DNA from: Pecten maximus
Lineage: Eukaryota
NCBI RefSeq assembly: GCF_902652985.1
Contig: NC_047024.1
Coordinates: forward strand, 35,960,001-36,024,000
Direction: 5' to 3'
Length of the DNA stretch: 64,000 nt
Below the pieces are notes generated by a model. That model saw nothing but the letters and a program-made list of their open reading frames with translations. It made no database searches and was not told the origin of the DNA. This document shows, in pieces, positions 26,545 to 38,873 of the stretch. The first letter of the stretch is position 1. Each line of letters opens with the position of its first letter. Made by a program: the position numbers and the translations under genes.

Positions 26545-27577
26545 TTGCTGGGCTAGATACAGGTGGATTATGGGCTAGGTACAGGTGGATTATGGGCTAG
26601 GTACAGGTGGATTATGGTCTAGGTACAGATGGATTATGGTCTAGGTACAGGTGGATTATGGTCAAGGTACAGGTGAAATATTGTACTTACTGGGCTAGGT
26701 ACAGGTGGATTATGGGCTAGGTACAGGTGGATTATGGTCTAGGTACAGATGGATTATGGTCTAGGTACAGGTGGATTATGGTCAAGGTACAGGTGAAATA
26801 TTGTACTTACTGGGCTAGGTACAGGTGGATTATGGGCTAGGTACAGGTGGATTATGGTGTAGGTACAGGTGGATTATAATCTAGGTACAGGTGGAATATT
26901 GTACTTACTGGGCTAGGTACAGGTGGATTATGGTCTAGATACAGGTGGATTGGTCTAGGTACAGGTGGATTATGGTCTAGATACAGGTGGATTATGGTTT
27001 AGGTACAGGTGGATTATGGTCTAGGTACAGGTGGATTATTTTCTAGATACAGGTGGATTATGGTCTAGGTACAGGTGGATTATGGTGTAGATACAGGTGG
27101 ATTATGGTCTAGGTGCAGGTGATATATTTACTTACTGGGCTAGGTACAGGTGGATTATGGTCTAGGTACAGGTGGATTATGGTCTAGATACAGGTGGATT
27201 ATGGTCTAGGTACAGGTGGATTATGGTCTAGGTGCAGGTGAAATATTGTACTTACTGGACTAGATACAGGTGGATTATGGTCTAGGTGCAGGTGATATAT
27301 TTACTTACTGGACTAGATACAGGTGGATTATGGTCTAGGTACAGGTGAAATATTGTACCTACTGGGCTAGATACGGGTGGATTATGGTCTAGGTACAGGT
27401 GAAATATTGTACCTACTGGGCTAGATACGGGTGGATTATGGTCTAGGTACAGGTGATATATTTACTTACTGGACTAGATACAGGTGGATTATGGTCTAGG
27501 TGCAGGTGAAATATAATACTTACTGGGCTAGATACAGCTGGATTATGGTCTAGGTACAGGTGAAATATAATACTTAC
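26545..27577. repeat. Intronic minisatellite, about 22-bp unit (ctaggtacaggtggattatggt) with interspersed donor copies (tacttactgg)
   Basis: Direct inspection; abuts the donor at 27577. Confidence 0.92.
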
Positions 27578-27636
27578 TTGGCCAATAAATGGACTGCCTC
27601 CCTCTAACATTGACAACAGGCTGCTGTTGAGATGAG
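27578..27636 (-). CDS. RING-H2 E3 ligase exon (AHLNSSLLSMLEGGSPFIGQ)
   Basis: Acceptor ttgttacag, donor GTAAGT; 59 nt, phase 1-0, compatible with both neighbours. Confidence 0.85.
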
Positions 27637-27894
27637 CTGTAACAATAGGTTACTGTTAATGAATCGACTTGCAAATTATTAACATGACTTCACAAAATTT
27701 TTCAGAAAAATTAATCAGAACTTATCAAACATTCCATTAAATCGGTTGTCCAATATCTGAAGGTTACACCTGATAACACAGAGTTACTTTTCCCTGTTTA
27801 ATATGGAGACAACAGTACCGAAGGGTACTTTACGTAGTGATAATTAGTGGAAGTTAATTTTTCAGGTGTACATAGACAACACTACTACAGAAAG

Positions 27895-29110
27895 ACAAGA
27901 GGCCCAGAGGGCCTGTATCGCTCACCTGGATTTCATGAGATATGAAACAAGAATGATGATTAAGTATATTTGTCACTGGTATTGCTATGTCAATATATCA
28001 TAGACATTTTATATGGGTACGTGAGGTTTTTATGCCAAAAAAATGCATTAATCCAAGAAATGAAATTGACTTTTGGCGCAACCCCATAGGGATGCTGCCA
28101 CACAAATGTGAGTGATATCCATTGCTTAGTTTCAGAAAAGAAGTTGTTTAAACCAATTGACCCCTTTTGACCCCGCCCTCTGCACTGCGGGGGGTAAGTT
28201 CCTTCCTTTATAAGATTTTGATTCCCTAACCAAAAGGATGCTACCAGTCAAATATGAGCTGTTTCAGAGAAGAAGTTTTTCATATCAATTTAGCCAAATT
28301 GACCCCTTTTGGCCCCACCCCTCAGCCCCCTGGGAGGTCAACCCCAAAGTTTGTACAATTTTGAATCCCCACCCCATGACCATGCTACCATACAAATGTG
28401 AGTGATATCCATTGCTTAATTTCAGAGAAGAAGTTGTTTATATCAATTCTGCCAAAGTGACCCCTTTTGGCCCCGTCTCTTAGCTCCCCAGGGGTCAGCC
28501 CTGTCATTTGTACAATTTTGAATCCCTACCCAAGGGGTTCTACCAGGCAAATATGAGTGATATCCATTGCTTAGTTTCAGAGAAGTAGTTGTTCATATCA
28601 ATTTAGCAAAATTGACCCCTCTTGGCCCCGCCTCTCAGGCCCCCGTGGCGTCAGCCTCACCATTTGTACAATTTTGAATCCCCACCCCATAGTGATGCTA
28701 CCAGGCAAAAATGAGCAATATCCACAGCTCAGTTTCAGAGAAGAAGCCGTTTATATCAATATAGCCCAATTGACCACATTTGGCCCCGCCCCTCAGGCCC
28801 CTTGGGGGTCAGCCCCATCATTTGTACAATTTTGAATCCCCACACCATAGTGATGCTACCAGGCAAATATGAGCGATATCCATTGCTCGGTTTCAGAGAA
28901 CAAGTCGTTATTATCAATATAGCTATAGTGACCCATTTTGGCCCTGCCCCTCAGGCCCCCAGGGGGTCAGCCCCACCATTTGTACAGTTTTGAATCCCTA
29001 CCCCATAGGGATGATTCTGACCAAATTTGGTCAAATTCTGATCTGTGGACGGACGACGGACGCTACGGTATGGCATAAGCTCACCTTGGTCCTTTGGACC
29101 AGGTGAGCTA
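27895..29110 (+). mobile_element. Helentron/HINE-like non-autonomous element carrying about 120-bp core tandem repeats
   Basis: Start acaagaggcccagagggcctgtatcgctcacctgg; internal tandem cores; ggacg microsatellite; terminal stem-loop gctcaccttggtcctttggaccaggtgagc; second copy at 35460. Confidence 0.8.
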
Positions 29111-29218
29111 ATAAGGGCAATTTTCAATTACAAACATTTGTAGCTATGTAATGATACTATTCTATAAAATTAATATGGACAAGTGTCAAATGTCATAGAT
29201 ATTAGTTTTAAAAATCAC

Positions 29219-29297
29219 CAATGTCTTCCAGAAAATGTTGACCTGTTTGTTGCGTCCAAGCCCCATTACGTGTCATTGGTCGACCCTGTGGGGAATG
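29219..29297 (-). CDS. RING-H2 E3 ligase exon (HSPQGRPMTRNGAWTQQTGQHFLEDI)
   Basis: Acceptor tttgttgcag, donor GTGATT; 79 nt, phase 0-1. Confidence 0.8.
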
Positions 29298-29369
29298 CTG
29301 CAACAAACACAATTCATAATGTAACATTAGTTATAGAACAGGATATTATATTTAGGATATATACACATT

Positions 29370-30440
29370 TCATATGAAAATTATAGGACTGATTATAAGG
29401 AAAGACAATTATATTTAGGACATGTACACATTCCATCAGGAAAACTGATGATAGAGTAGGACAATTATATCTAGGGCATGTACATATTTCATATGGAAAT
29501 TATAGGACTGATTATAGGGAAAGACAATTATATTTAGGACATGTACACATTCCATCAGGAAAACTGATGATAGAGTAGGACAATTATATCTAGGGCATGT
29601 ACATATTTCATATGGAAATTATAGGACTGATTATAGGGAAAGACAATTATATTTAGGACATGTACACATTCCATCAGGAAAACTGATGATAGAGTAGGAC
29701 AATTATATCTAGGGCATGTACATATTTCATATGGAAATTATAGGACTGATTATAGGGAAAGACAATTATATTTAGGACATGTACACATTCCATCAGGAAA
29801 ACTGATGATAGAGTAGGACAATTATATCTAGGGCATGTACATATTTCATATGGAAATTTTAGGACTGATTATAGGGAAAGACAATTATATTTAGGACATG
29901 TACACATTCCATCAGGAAAACTGATGATAGAGTAGGACAATTATATCTAGGGCATGTACATATTTCATATGGAAATTATAGGACTGATTATAGGGAAAGA
30001 CAATTATATTTAGGACATGTACACATTCCATCAGGAAAACTGATGATAGAGTAGGACAATTATATCTAGGGCATGTACATATTTCATATGGAAATTATAG
30101 GACTGATTATAGGGAAAGACAATTATATTTAGGACATGTACACATTCCATCAGGAAAACTGATGATAGAGTAGGACAATTATATCTAGGGCATGTACATA
30201 TTTCATATGGAAATTATAGGACTGATTATAGGGAAAGACAATTATATTTAGGACATGTACACATTCCATCAGGAAAACTGATGATAGAGTAGGACAATTA
30301 TATCTAGGGCATGTACATATTTCATATGGAAATTATAGGACTGATTATAGGGAAAGACAATTATATTTAGGACATGTACACATTCCATCAGGAAAACTGA
30401 TGATAGAGTAGGACAATTATATCTAGGGCATGTACTCATT
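29370..30440. repeat. 119-bp tandem repeat (about 9 copies) built from two diverged halves of about 60 bp
   Basis: Alternating gacaattatatttaggacatgtacac / gacaattatatctagggcatgtacat; copies almost identical. Confidence 0.95.
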
Positions 30441-30466
30441 TCACAAGGAAACGGACTGATTACAGC

Positions 30467-30867
30467 ACAAACACGACACAGATTTGATACAAATATTACA
30501 CAGATTTGATACAAATATTACACAGATTTGATACAAATATTACACAGATTTGATACAAATATTACACAGATTTGATACAAACACGACACAGATTTGATAC
30601 AAACACGACACAGATTAGATACATTACAACACAGATTTGATACAAATACAACACAGATTTGATACAAACACGACACAGATTTGATACAAACACGACACAG
30701 ATTTGATACAAACACGACCCAGATTTGATACAAACACGACACAGATTTGATACAAACACGACACAGATTTGATACAAACACGACACAGATTTGATACAAA
30801 CACGACACAGATTTGATACAAAAACAACACAGATTTGATACAAACACAACAAAGATTTGATACAAAC
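30467..30867. repeat. 22-bp minisatellite (acacagatttgatacaaacacg) starting at a splice donor
   Basis: Direct inspection. Confidence 0.93.
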
Positions 30868-30929
30868 CTGAAGTAATCGTTCCTCAGGTTCATCAAGGTC
30901 ACGAAGTAAAGCCTCTACCTCATCTAAAT
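30868..30929 (-). CDS. RING-H2 E3 ligase exon (DLDEVEALLRDLDEPEERLLQ)
   Basis: Acceptor ttgtgtttcag, donor GTTTGT; 62 nt, phase 1-0. Confidence 0.85.
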
Positions 30930-31856
30930 CTGAAACACAAAAAAGTTTTATTGGGATATAAATCTCGGAATAAAATCCTCAAAAGGCATCCAAAGCAGGA
31001 TTGCAATAGCGGACTATGCCCTAGACCTTTGATACCTAGAGCCCATAAACCTTGACCATTGATACCTCACACCTTGACCTTGACCTTTGATACCTCACAC
31101 CTTGACCTTGACCTTTGATATCATACACTATAACTCATTATCTGACTCTAATCCAGGCAAACCCTGAAACCTGACCTCGATCTCTGATGACATGTATCAG
31201 TTCATATTTATATGATCTTAACTTGCCATTGAGAAAAAGAACCTGAAATTAGGTATACACCCATCTGTATTATATATATCATACAGTAAGAAAATAATCA
31301 CGGACCTAGAATATATTTTTATCAATAAAGATTTAAGGCAGTATGACACCTTCAGGAAATAATGAACTGGTTTTCATGAAAATTGACAAAACTATCTATG
31401 TGCCACCCTTTGCTTTCCTTTTGTTGCAAAAAATTACTATCCCTTTCCATGTTTATTTTCTTCATATCTTGGAAGATTTGGAGAAAATAAAAAATATGCA
31501 AAAAAACGATTTTGTCTTGAATGAAAATCAAATAACCTTTATTGCAGTGATAGAATATGATAAATGTTGGATTATGGAAAACTAAAAGCACAAATTTTCC
31601 ATGAAAATAAGAAAATTACAACACATCATCGAGGTTTTTCCTGACTACATATTATATGTATTAGTGCTCACAGGGGGATAACTCTTACAAGTTGGACTCT
31701 AACGTAGGTCAATTGGAAATCTTTTTCTCAGGAGTGATTCAAATCCCATTAAAACATATTACTGAGGTTTACCCTACACTCATATTATCATATATATCCA
31801 TAACAATGCTTAGCTGATATACATTGTGTCTGGCCCTTAGGATCAAGGATACTTAC

Positions 31857-32052
31857 CAGGATAGCGTGATGTTGTCCGGCCCCTCTGTGTGGTGGCCCAC
31901 CTCCCCTGCCCCACAGCCATGGGACCCCTATTGTAGGCAACAGCAGGGTTGGGTGAGGCCACATCATGGTGTGGGAAAGCCCCTGCACCAAACACTGGCG
32001 GCTGGTTCTCCAGGTTCTGGAGGGACATGGCAAACTCCATGTCCATTTGCTC
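31857..32052 (-). CDS. RING-H2 E3 ligase exon (EQMDMEFAMSLQNLENQPP...SRYP)
   Basis: Acceptor ttctacag, donor GTAAGT; 196 nt, phase 0-1. Confidence 0.88.
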
Positions 32053-32559
32053 CTGTAGAAATAAATCGTAAGGTGATTAATTTGTAACCAGATTATTGCT
32101 GGAGATCAATTTATCTCAGCTGAATGTTGATATTCTGTAACAAAAACTTGTTTGAAGTTTCATTAAGAAAGGATCTACAACTGGAAATAAAGTCTAGCAC
32201 ATCTTCATACATTTGCTACAAAACAGGCGATTCATCCTTTTAGCCGAATACCTTTTCCTATTTAACAGATCATTCCTTGTCAACATGATGTGTACTGCAT
32301 AACTTTGACAGAAGACTGTATTTTTACTGTTGGACCTGAATTTTTACTATGAGTTACCTAAGCAAGGTCTACGAGTTATCAGAGCTCTAGACAATTGAGT
32401 TTGACTGTATGATAATTGTCTTAACCTTGCCTAATTACCCTACCTTGAGAGAAGGTTGACTGCATACCTGATGATTGTACCTCATGAGCCAGATATTTGC
32501 ATACTCAATAAATATACCTCATTAACCGGTCGGTGACACCTTAGCCTGATGATTGTGCT

Positions 32560-32876
32560 TCATTAACCTGTTGACTACAGACCTGTATATCGTTAACCTG
32601 TTGACTACAAACCTGTACATCATTAACCTGTTGACTACAAACCTGTACATCGTTAACCAGTTGACTACAAACCTGTACATTGTTAACCTGTTGACTACAA
32701 ACCTGTACATCGTTAACCTGTTGACTACAAACCTGTACATCTTTAACCTGTTGACTACGAACCTGTACATTGTTAACCTGTTGACTACAAACCTGTACAT
32801 CGTTAACCTCTTGACTACAAACCTGTACATCGTTAATCTGTTGACCACGAACCTGTAACTTTCTGGGACTACGAAC
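32560..32876. repeat. 30-bp minisatellite (cgttaacctgttgactacaaacctgtacat) derived from the exon/donor junction
   Basis: About 10 copies; on the - strand each carries CAG|GTTTGT and CAG|GTTAAC. Confidence 0.93.
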
Positions 32877-33035
32877 CTGTAACTTTTTGGCTAACTCTTC
32901 GTCCCCTTCTACCTGCTCTATCTGACTTTGTGGGGCTGTGCTATCTGGCATATTCTCACATATGATTGGCTGGCTCGGACTGCCATCCTGAGGTTTAAGT
33001 GAGTGACCCTGGATCTGTTCCAGAACTTGGATGTG
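32877..33035 (-). CDS. RING-H2 E3 ligase exon ending in a UIM-like motif (QIEQVEGDEELAKKLQ)
   Basis: Acceptor ctttgctacag, donor GTTCGT; the 5' boundary is phase-inconsistent with the preceding exon (see findings). Confidence 0.8.
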
Positions 33036-33384
33036 CTGTAGCAAAGAGAATGTAGTATTACTATGTTAGTAAGGTCTAGGAGAATTTGTCTATGTAATCT
33101 AATGATAATGATATATTTACATAATGAAAGGGCTACACATACTTACACAGTAAGGTAATTATTATTAGGATATGTTTACTAACTAAAGAGATATACATCA
33201 TACACATCTCACCGGAGAGGAATCCAGGCCACCAATCCTCTCATGTTGTCTGTGCACAAGACTATGGCCGTAATAGGAAATATTGTATAAAACCACCTAC
33301 CAACCAACCAACCAATACAAATTCCAATTTTAAACCTGAATTCTATACTTGCTACGGGCAATAACTCATTTTCATCTTAGAATG

Positions 33385-33566
33385 GGTTTGGTTTGGTTTA
33401 TTTATCATCCTATTAACAGCCAGGGTCATTGAAGGACTTGCCAGTTTTTGGAGGTAGAGGAAAGCCGGAGTACCAGGAGAAAAACCATCGGCATACGGTA
33501 AGTACCAGGCAACTGCCTCACATGTGTCGAACTGGCGACCCAGAGGTAGAGGGCTAGTGATAAAGT
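33385..33566 (-). mobile_element. tRNA-derived SINE with V-type core, 5'-truncated
   Basis: Reverse complement has tttttctcctggtactccggctttcct and an aaccaaacc tail; same family as the 52172 copy. Confidence 0.8.
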
Positions 33567-33985
33567 TACCTAAAAATTGGTCTCTCATATTCAGCAATTA
33601 TATGGTTTGAAATCTGGAATTGATTTATTTTCCTGTTATGACTCATGGTTTAAATTGGGTGACCAAATCTTGTTGGCCAATCAGCAATTGTAAATATGCT
33701 TCATACATGCTGAGAGCTGGACCATATATATGGTAGAATGATTGTGTTCACTTGTTAATGTCCAATTAGCAAATATATGACATGGATAGTAGGAAATCTT
33801 AACTGACTCAAGGCTATGGCCCAATTCTTGTACCAATTCAAGTAGGATAAAATTATTTACACATAGAGATGATATAAGACTAGATAAGCTAAAATACATA
33901 CATATAAGAGCCATTTTAAAATCAAACGTTATCTCACAATTTGGAAGGTACAGTAATTTGAAATATCTAAGCAAAATATCCTTAC

Positions 33986-35313
33986 TTCTTTTGTTTTTGT
34001 GCGCCCTCGCTTCTAATGCTGCAGTTTGAATTGGCCTGGACCTTTCTGCAGCCATTTTTCTTGAATGTGACCTTGACTCTTCTCTCACAGTTGGTGACCA
34101 TTCTGATTCTGTCATTCTAGAAAAGCCATCATCAAACCAACCTGACATTTTTTCCCTTTGATCACTTTTCATATTTGTATAAGAATTTTTTGTTTTATTT
34201 CCATCTGATTTTTCTGGTTTTCTACGTGCTCCTGAACTGTTACTGTCAATGTGACCCTGAGGATTATGATTGGTTGACCTTGAAGAAGTAATGTCATGTA
34301 AAGAGGATACATGTGATAAGTGAGGTTTAGGTTGAGCATGCTTAGTCACTGTGTGATTGGCACATTCATTGGACTCATCGTTAAGTCTGTGAACTTGACT
34401 GAACTGTTTGGGAGAGGGGACATGGCAGGCTGGGGATGAAGTTTTGTTAGTCTGTGGGGTACAGCTGCAATCGATCATTGCCTGAAGTGTCTGTGAGCTA
34501 ACAGCATCAAAGTCACTATCATCGGATTCACCACTGTCTGAGGACTCTGAAGGCCAGGTGTGGTACGCAGGGTAGAATTCCTTGGTATGAAATTCGCCAT
34601 CCAGTCGAGCACGTTTGCTTTTGGCTGGAGATGAAGATGTCTCAGCTTTTCTTCTAGCGAAGTTACAGGCGAGCTCCTTATTGTGTTGTTTTTCCTTGTC
34701 AGGGACCTGATATTGCTTTGACATTAGTTTGTGACTTGGTCTAACAGAATGAGGATGGATTAATTTGGTGCTATCATCTACATGATTACAGGACTCAGAG
34801 GAATGGTCCTGGTGTTTCCTAGAAAGTCCTGCAGAAGAATGTGATACTTTTCTTGCACTCTGTTCATGATTCTTATTAGGATGATTTGATTCCGTTCTTG
34901 ATTTAATCTGTTTCCTCTCCATCATTTCCTGTAGAGCTGTTTTAAAATGGATGTCATGGGATGGAATATACGGACTGATTTTTACTTTTCCTGGACTAAG
35001 TGCAATCTTTGATTTAGCATCCAAAAATTTATTTCTAAAACTAGACACAATTTTAGGAGAGCTAATACTCCCGATATTACTTTTCCCCTCATTGTGGTTT
35101 TGTCTCCATGGTGATGAATGCTTTTCCGGTGTTAACATTGGTTCTCTAGGCAGTCTTGACCTGCTGTGGGAGCTGCCCTCTGACCTTTGACTTTTTGTTG
35201 TTGAGTCTGTAGGTCCTCGACTAACATCACCTGTCTCTTCATATCTATCACTGGATAGTTGGTTTCCACCGAGTTGTTTTCCTCTCTTGCCAACAAATCT
35301 TGAAAATACTGGA
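33986..35313 (-). CDS. RING-H2 E3 ligase large exon; S/K/H-rich, probably disordered
   Basis: 1328-nt open frame within the 547-aa ORF; acceptor tttttcag (phase 2), donor GTAAGG (phase 1). Confidence 0.88.
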
Positions 35314-35459
35314 CTGAAAAACAAATCATTTTAAAAACATAAAACATGATCTGAAAGATGGTGGATTTGGAATGAATATTATTATAGTACGGTAGTAGTA
35401 TATTCCTTTTATGGTACATGTAATATTTAAGTACTGGTAAGACCAACAGCAAAATAAAA

Positions 35460-35945
35460 AACAAGAGGCCCAGAGGGCCTGTATCATTCACCTGGTTTGT
35501 ATTCGGCCTATATATTTACAACAGGATTGTGATTATCGTTTGGTGTCCACCTGAGCTATATGGGGTGGGGATATCAATGGCTTCAAAAATACAAATAGCA
35601 ACCTAAAGAACTTACTTAATTGGGCCCCGCACCTCTGGCCCTAGGGGGGGGGGGGGGGGGGTCAGACTCACCAAATAAGATTCAAATCCATTCATAACTT
35701 TATGTCTAGTAGCGATTTAAAGGAACTGCCTCAATTTCCCCTATTGGGCCCCGGCCTTCCGACCCCTTGGGGGTCAGAATCACAATTTAAGCAAAATCTG
35801 ATCCCCTTCTGCCAAGGATGTTTCTGATGAAATTTGGTCAAAATCCAATAAGAAATTTTTGACTAGTAGCGATTTGAAGCAAATGTTGACGGACAGACGC
35901 CGCGCCATGACAAAAGCACACCGGACCTTCGGTCCAGGTGAGCTA
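35460..35945 (+). mobile_element. Shorter copy of the Helentron/HINE-like element at 27895
   Basis: Same start acaagaggcccagagggcctgtatc and terminal hairpin caccggaccttcggtccaggtgagcta. Confidence 0.78.
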
Positions 35946-36001
35946 ATTAAAGACAGGATTTCTTAACACAAAAAAAATTTCACCTACAGATACAGCTTAA
36001 G

Positions 36002-36917
36002 CTAGAACTGTCGTCCAGAGGGCCAACTCATACCCCCCACCCCTCCAGTGAAGATTTTCCAAAAAAAAACCCTGTTTTTATACAGGTTACCACGGCAACC
36101 TAAATTGGTAGGGAAAAAATCTGCATGCATATGTACACATTATGAGTCCCTAACATTCCTATTTATTTCAAATGAAATCGGTTGATAGCTATATAGGAGT
36201 TGTCTGAGTTGTCTTGACAAAATTTTCCACAAGAATAGGGGGAACTGAACCCTGGTAACCATGGAAACCAAAAATTCTGTAGAGAAATATCATGCATGCA
36301 CATTTACACATGGTCCCTATCACTCCTGTGTAGTTTGACTTGAAGCAGTTCACAGGTTTATGAGGAGTTGACGGGACAAAATTCATCCTCACCCAAAACA
36401 CGAAGTATAGTGATGTGGTTACCAGTGTAACCACAAAATTACAACATGATATAGATTGCACACATCTAATATGTATAAGGGTTATTGCCATAAAGTTTCG
36501 TTGAAATTCCCTCATTAGTTCAGGAAGAGTAGCCGGTATATCGTTGTGTCTACAGACTCACCCAAAAAACGAAGTATAGTGACCTGGTTACCATGGTAAA
36601 AACAAAATTACAACATGATATAGATTGCACACATCTAATATGTATAAGGGTTATTGCCATAAAGTTTCGTTGAAATTCCCTCATTAGTTCAGGAAGAGTA
36701 GCCGGTATATCGTTGTGTCTACAGACTCACCCAAAAAACGAAGTATAGTGACCTGGTTACCATGGTAAAAACAAAATTACAACATGATATAGATTGCGCA
36801 CATCTACAATGTATAAGGGTTATTGCCATAAATTTTCGTTGAAATTCCCTCAGTAGTTTAGGAGGAGTAGCCGGTACATCGTTGCGTCTACAGACAGACA
36901 ACCTAATTCCAGTATAA
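36002..36917 (+). mobile_element. Second Helentron/HINE-like family with about 168-bp core tandem repeats
   Basis: Start ctagaactgtcg...ccccc; three cores starting at about 36389, 36557 and 36726; acag microsatellite at the end; similar start at 37670. Confidence 0.6.
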
Positions 36918-36954
36918 TGATGTGTTTATATAGTTTACAATAGAGAAATCTAAC

Positions 36955-37157
36955 CTTGGTGTATCGGGAATGATAATCACACTGTCATTTCCACTTGATG
37001 TTCCCTGTTTCTGCTCTGCAGTATCTGCTGTAGAAGTTGTCTCCTTTGATTGCTGACTCGAGGGTGCATGTCGAAGTGCTCTTTCATGATCTTTTTCTTT
37101 CTTGCCATCTTTTATCTTTTTCTGGACCCTCAAAAACAGGTTGCCATTTGGATCCAT
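36955..37157 (-). CDS. RING-H2 E3 ligase, probable first coding exon (MDPNGNLFLRVQKK...DSVIIIPDTP)
   Basis: Acceptor ctttag|AC ATG, donor AG|GTTAGA (phase 2), matching the next exon. Confidence 0.8.
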
Positions 37158-37412
37158 GTCTAAAGCACCATGATATTGAAAGAATACTTTAGAAAATCTT
37201 GCTATAGTTAATAGTTTTATTGTCCTCAATATATGAAAGTTTATTGCTTGCAAAATAGTGATTGGCTAATGATCAAAAACAATTGAAAATTAAAAAAAAG
37301 AAATGTAATTGATTGATTAAAGCAAAATTAGAAAAAATGATTAATAACTACAGTTTACAAATAACACAACAAGATATGTTATTGTCTCAAAAAGATAAGA
37401 TAATATACCAGT

Positions 37413-37562
37413 ATATAAAATATTGTTTATATTGAGGATATAAAATATTGTTTATATTGAGGATATAAAATATTGTTTATATTGAGGATATAAAATATTG
37501 TTTATATTGAGGATATAAAATATTGTTTATATTGAGGATATAAAATATTGTTTATTTTGAGG
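37413..37562. repeat. 25-bp tandem repeat, about 6 copies (gatataaaatattgtttatattgag)
   Basis: Direct inspection. Confidence 0.9.
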
Positions 37563-38771
37563 TAACTTAAGTGGTTCGTGTGTGTTTGTGTTGCAGTTTC
37601 GAATACAATATTAAACAGAATTAAAGCTTTCAATTTTGAGATTCACACATGTACATAGTAAACTAGATACTAGAGCTGTCACCGAGGGGCTGACAAGTAT
37701 ACCCCCCGCTTTTCCATGATTGGTTTGGATACTTTGTGAAGCTGCCTATTTATGGTACTATAACCAAATCAAACATGTTCTATGTTTAGGTAAGAACTAA
37801 GTGAATGCATAGCTGAACAGAATTTTGCTCGTTTTTAAAGAAAAAGGGGCATAACTCTATTAGAACTGGTAATTCGGCAAAATCTTCGCATAGAGCTAAG
37901 CCTCATAGGGTCCTCTAACTACATACCAAATTTTAGTAAAATCCATTGAAAACAATGCAAATGCATAGCCGGACAAGCTAGTAACCATTTTTTTACATAA
38001 AGGGGCATAACTCTGTAAAAAGGGTGTAGTTTTGCCGATATACAGTCTCAATAAAGTTTCTTTCGCTTATTCACTTCAATAACGATCTGATGTACATGTC
38101 ATGTTTGCAAAAGGAAAACGATAAAATGGAATTTAACCGAATAACAATTTATTAATGTTATATCAAATAACCGTTTAAATTTAACACAGATTATATGTAA
38201 AATGTAACAGAACCAGTACCTTATATTGGACATATAAAATACTGTTTGGTAGTACAACTTATGTTTTACCGACAACCACGCCATTTCTATGTGTATTAGC
38301 ACAGGAAGTTGGGCTGTGCATGTGCGTATAAAATGTTACGGTTACTGAGTTGGCGTGTTATCCGATTTAATAGACAGCACTGACCTTTACAGTCGTACTC
38401 TGAACACCTCGGCAGTAATTACGCTATTGTTTCAGCAGTTTAAAAAACAGAATTTCGATGTTGAAAAAATGTCGGCGTTAACCACAGATCGTTGGGACAC
38501 AAAAATGATACTTCGAGTTATTCGATCATTTCAAATAGGATTTTTGTTGTTAGGACCAAATTTTTACTTCGTATTATCCGAGTTTTACTAGTTTTCTTTA
38601 CTAGGACAAAGAGAGAATTCGGCCGGGACTGACGAAGTACTTCGAGTTAAGCGGGGTATTCAAGTTTTCCGAGTTCTAGTTAACGAAGTTCCACTGTATT
38701 AGAAAACCAACGTCTCCATTTTTTTCTGGGGAGTTTTGTCTTTAATTCTAAGGTGTAAATTAAGCTTGTAC

Positions 38772-38873
38772 CCCTTATCTGAAAAACTGGTATATGATTT
38801 AAGACAAGGCTGGAAGTGGAAGTGGAGCCATTACACAACAGATGTGAGCAACTGTTGCTGGGACATCGAGACA
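38772..38873 (-). other. Candidate upstream exon (5' UTR or coding extension) of the RING gene
   Basis: Acceptor ttattgtcag, weak donor GTACAA; 102 nt, open in the frame that joins in-frame to GAC-ATG at 37159. Confidence 0.35.

Noticed and set aside
33213-33261. Candidate micro-exon to fix the RING gene phase conflict
   Set aside because: It has a GTGAGA donor, but the available acceptors give phase 1->2 and lead to a stop in the next exon
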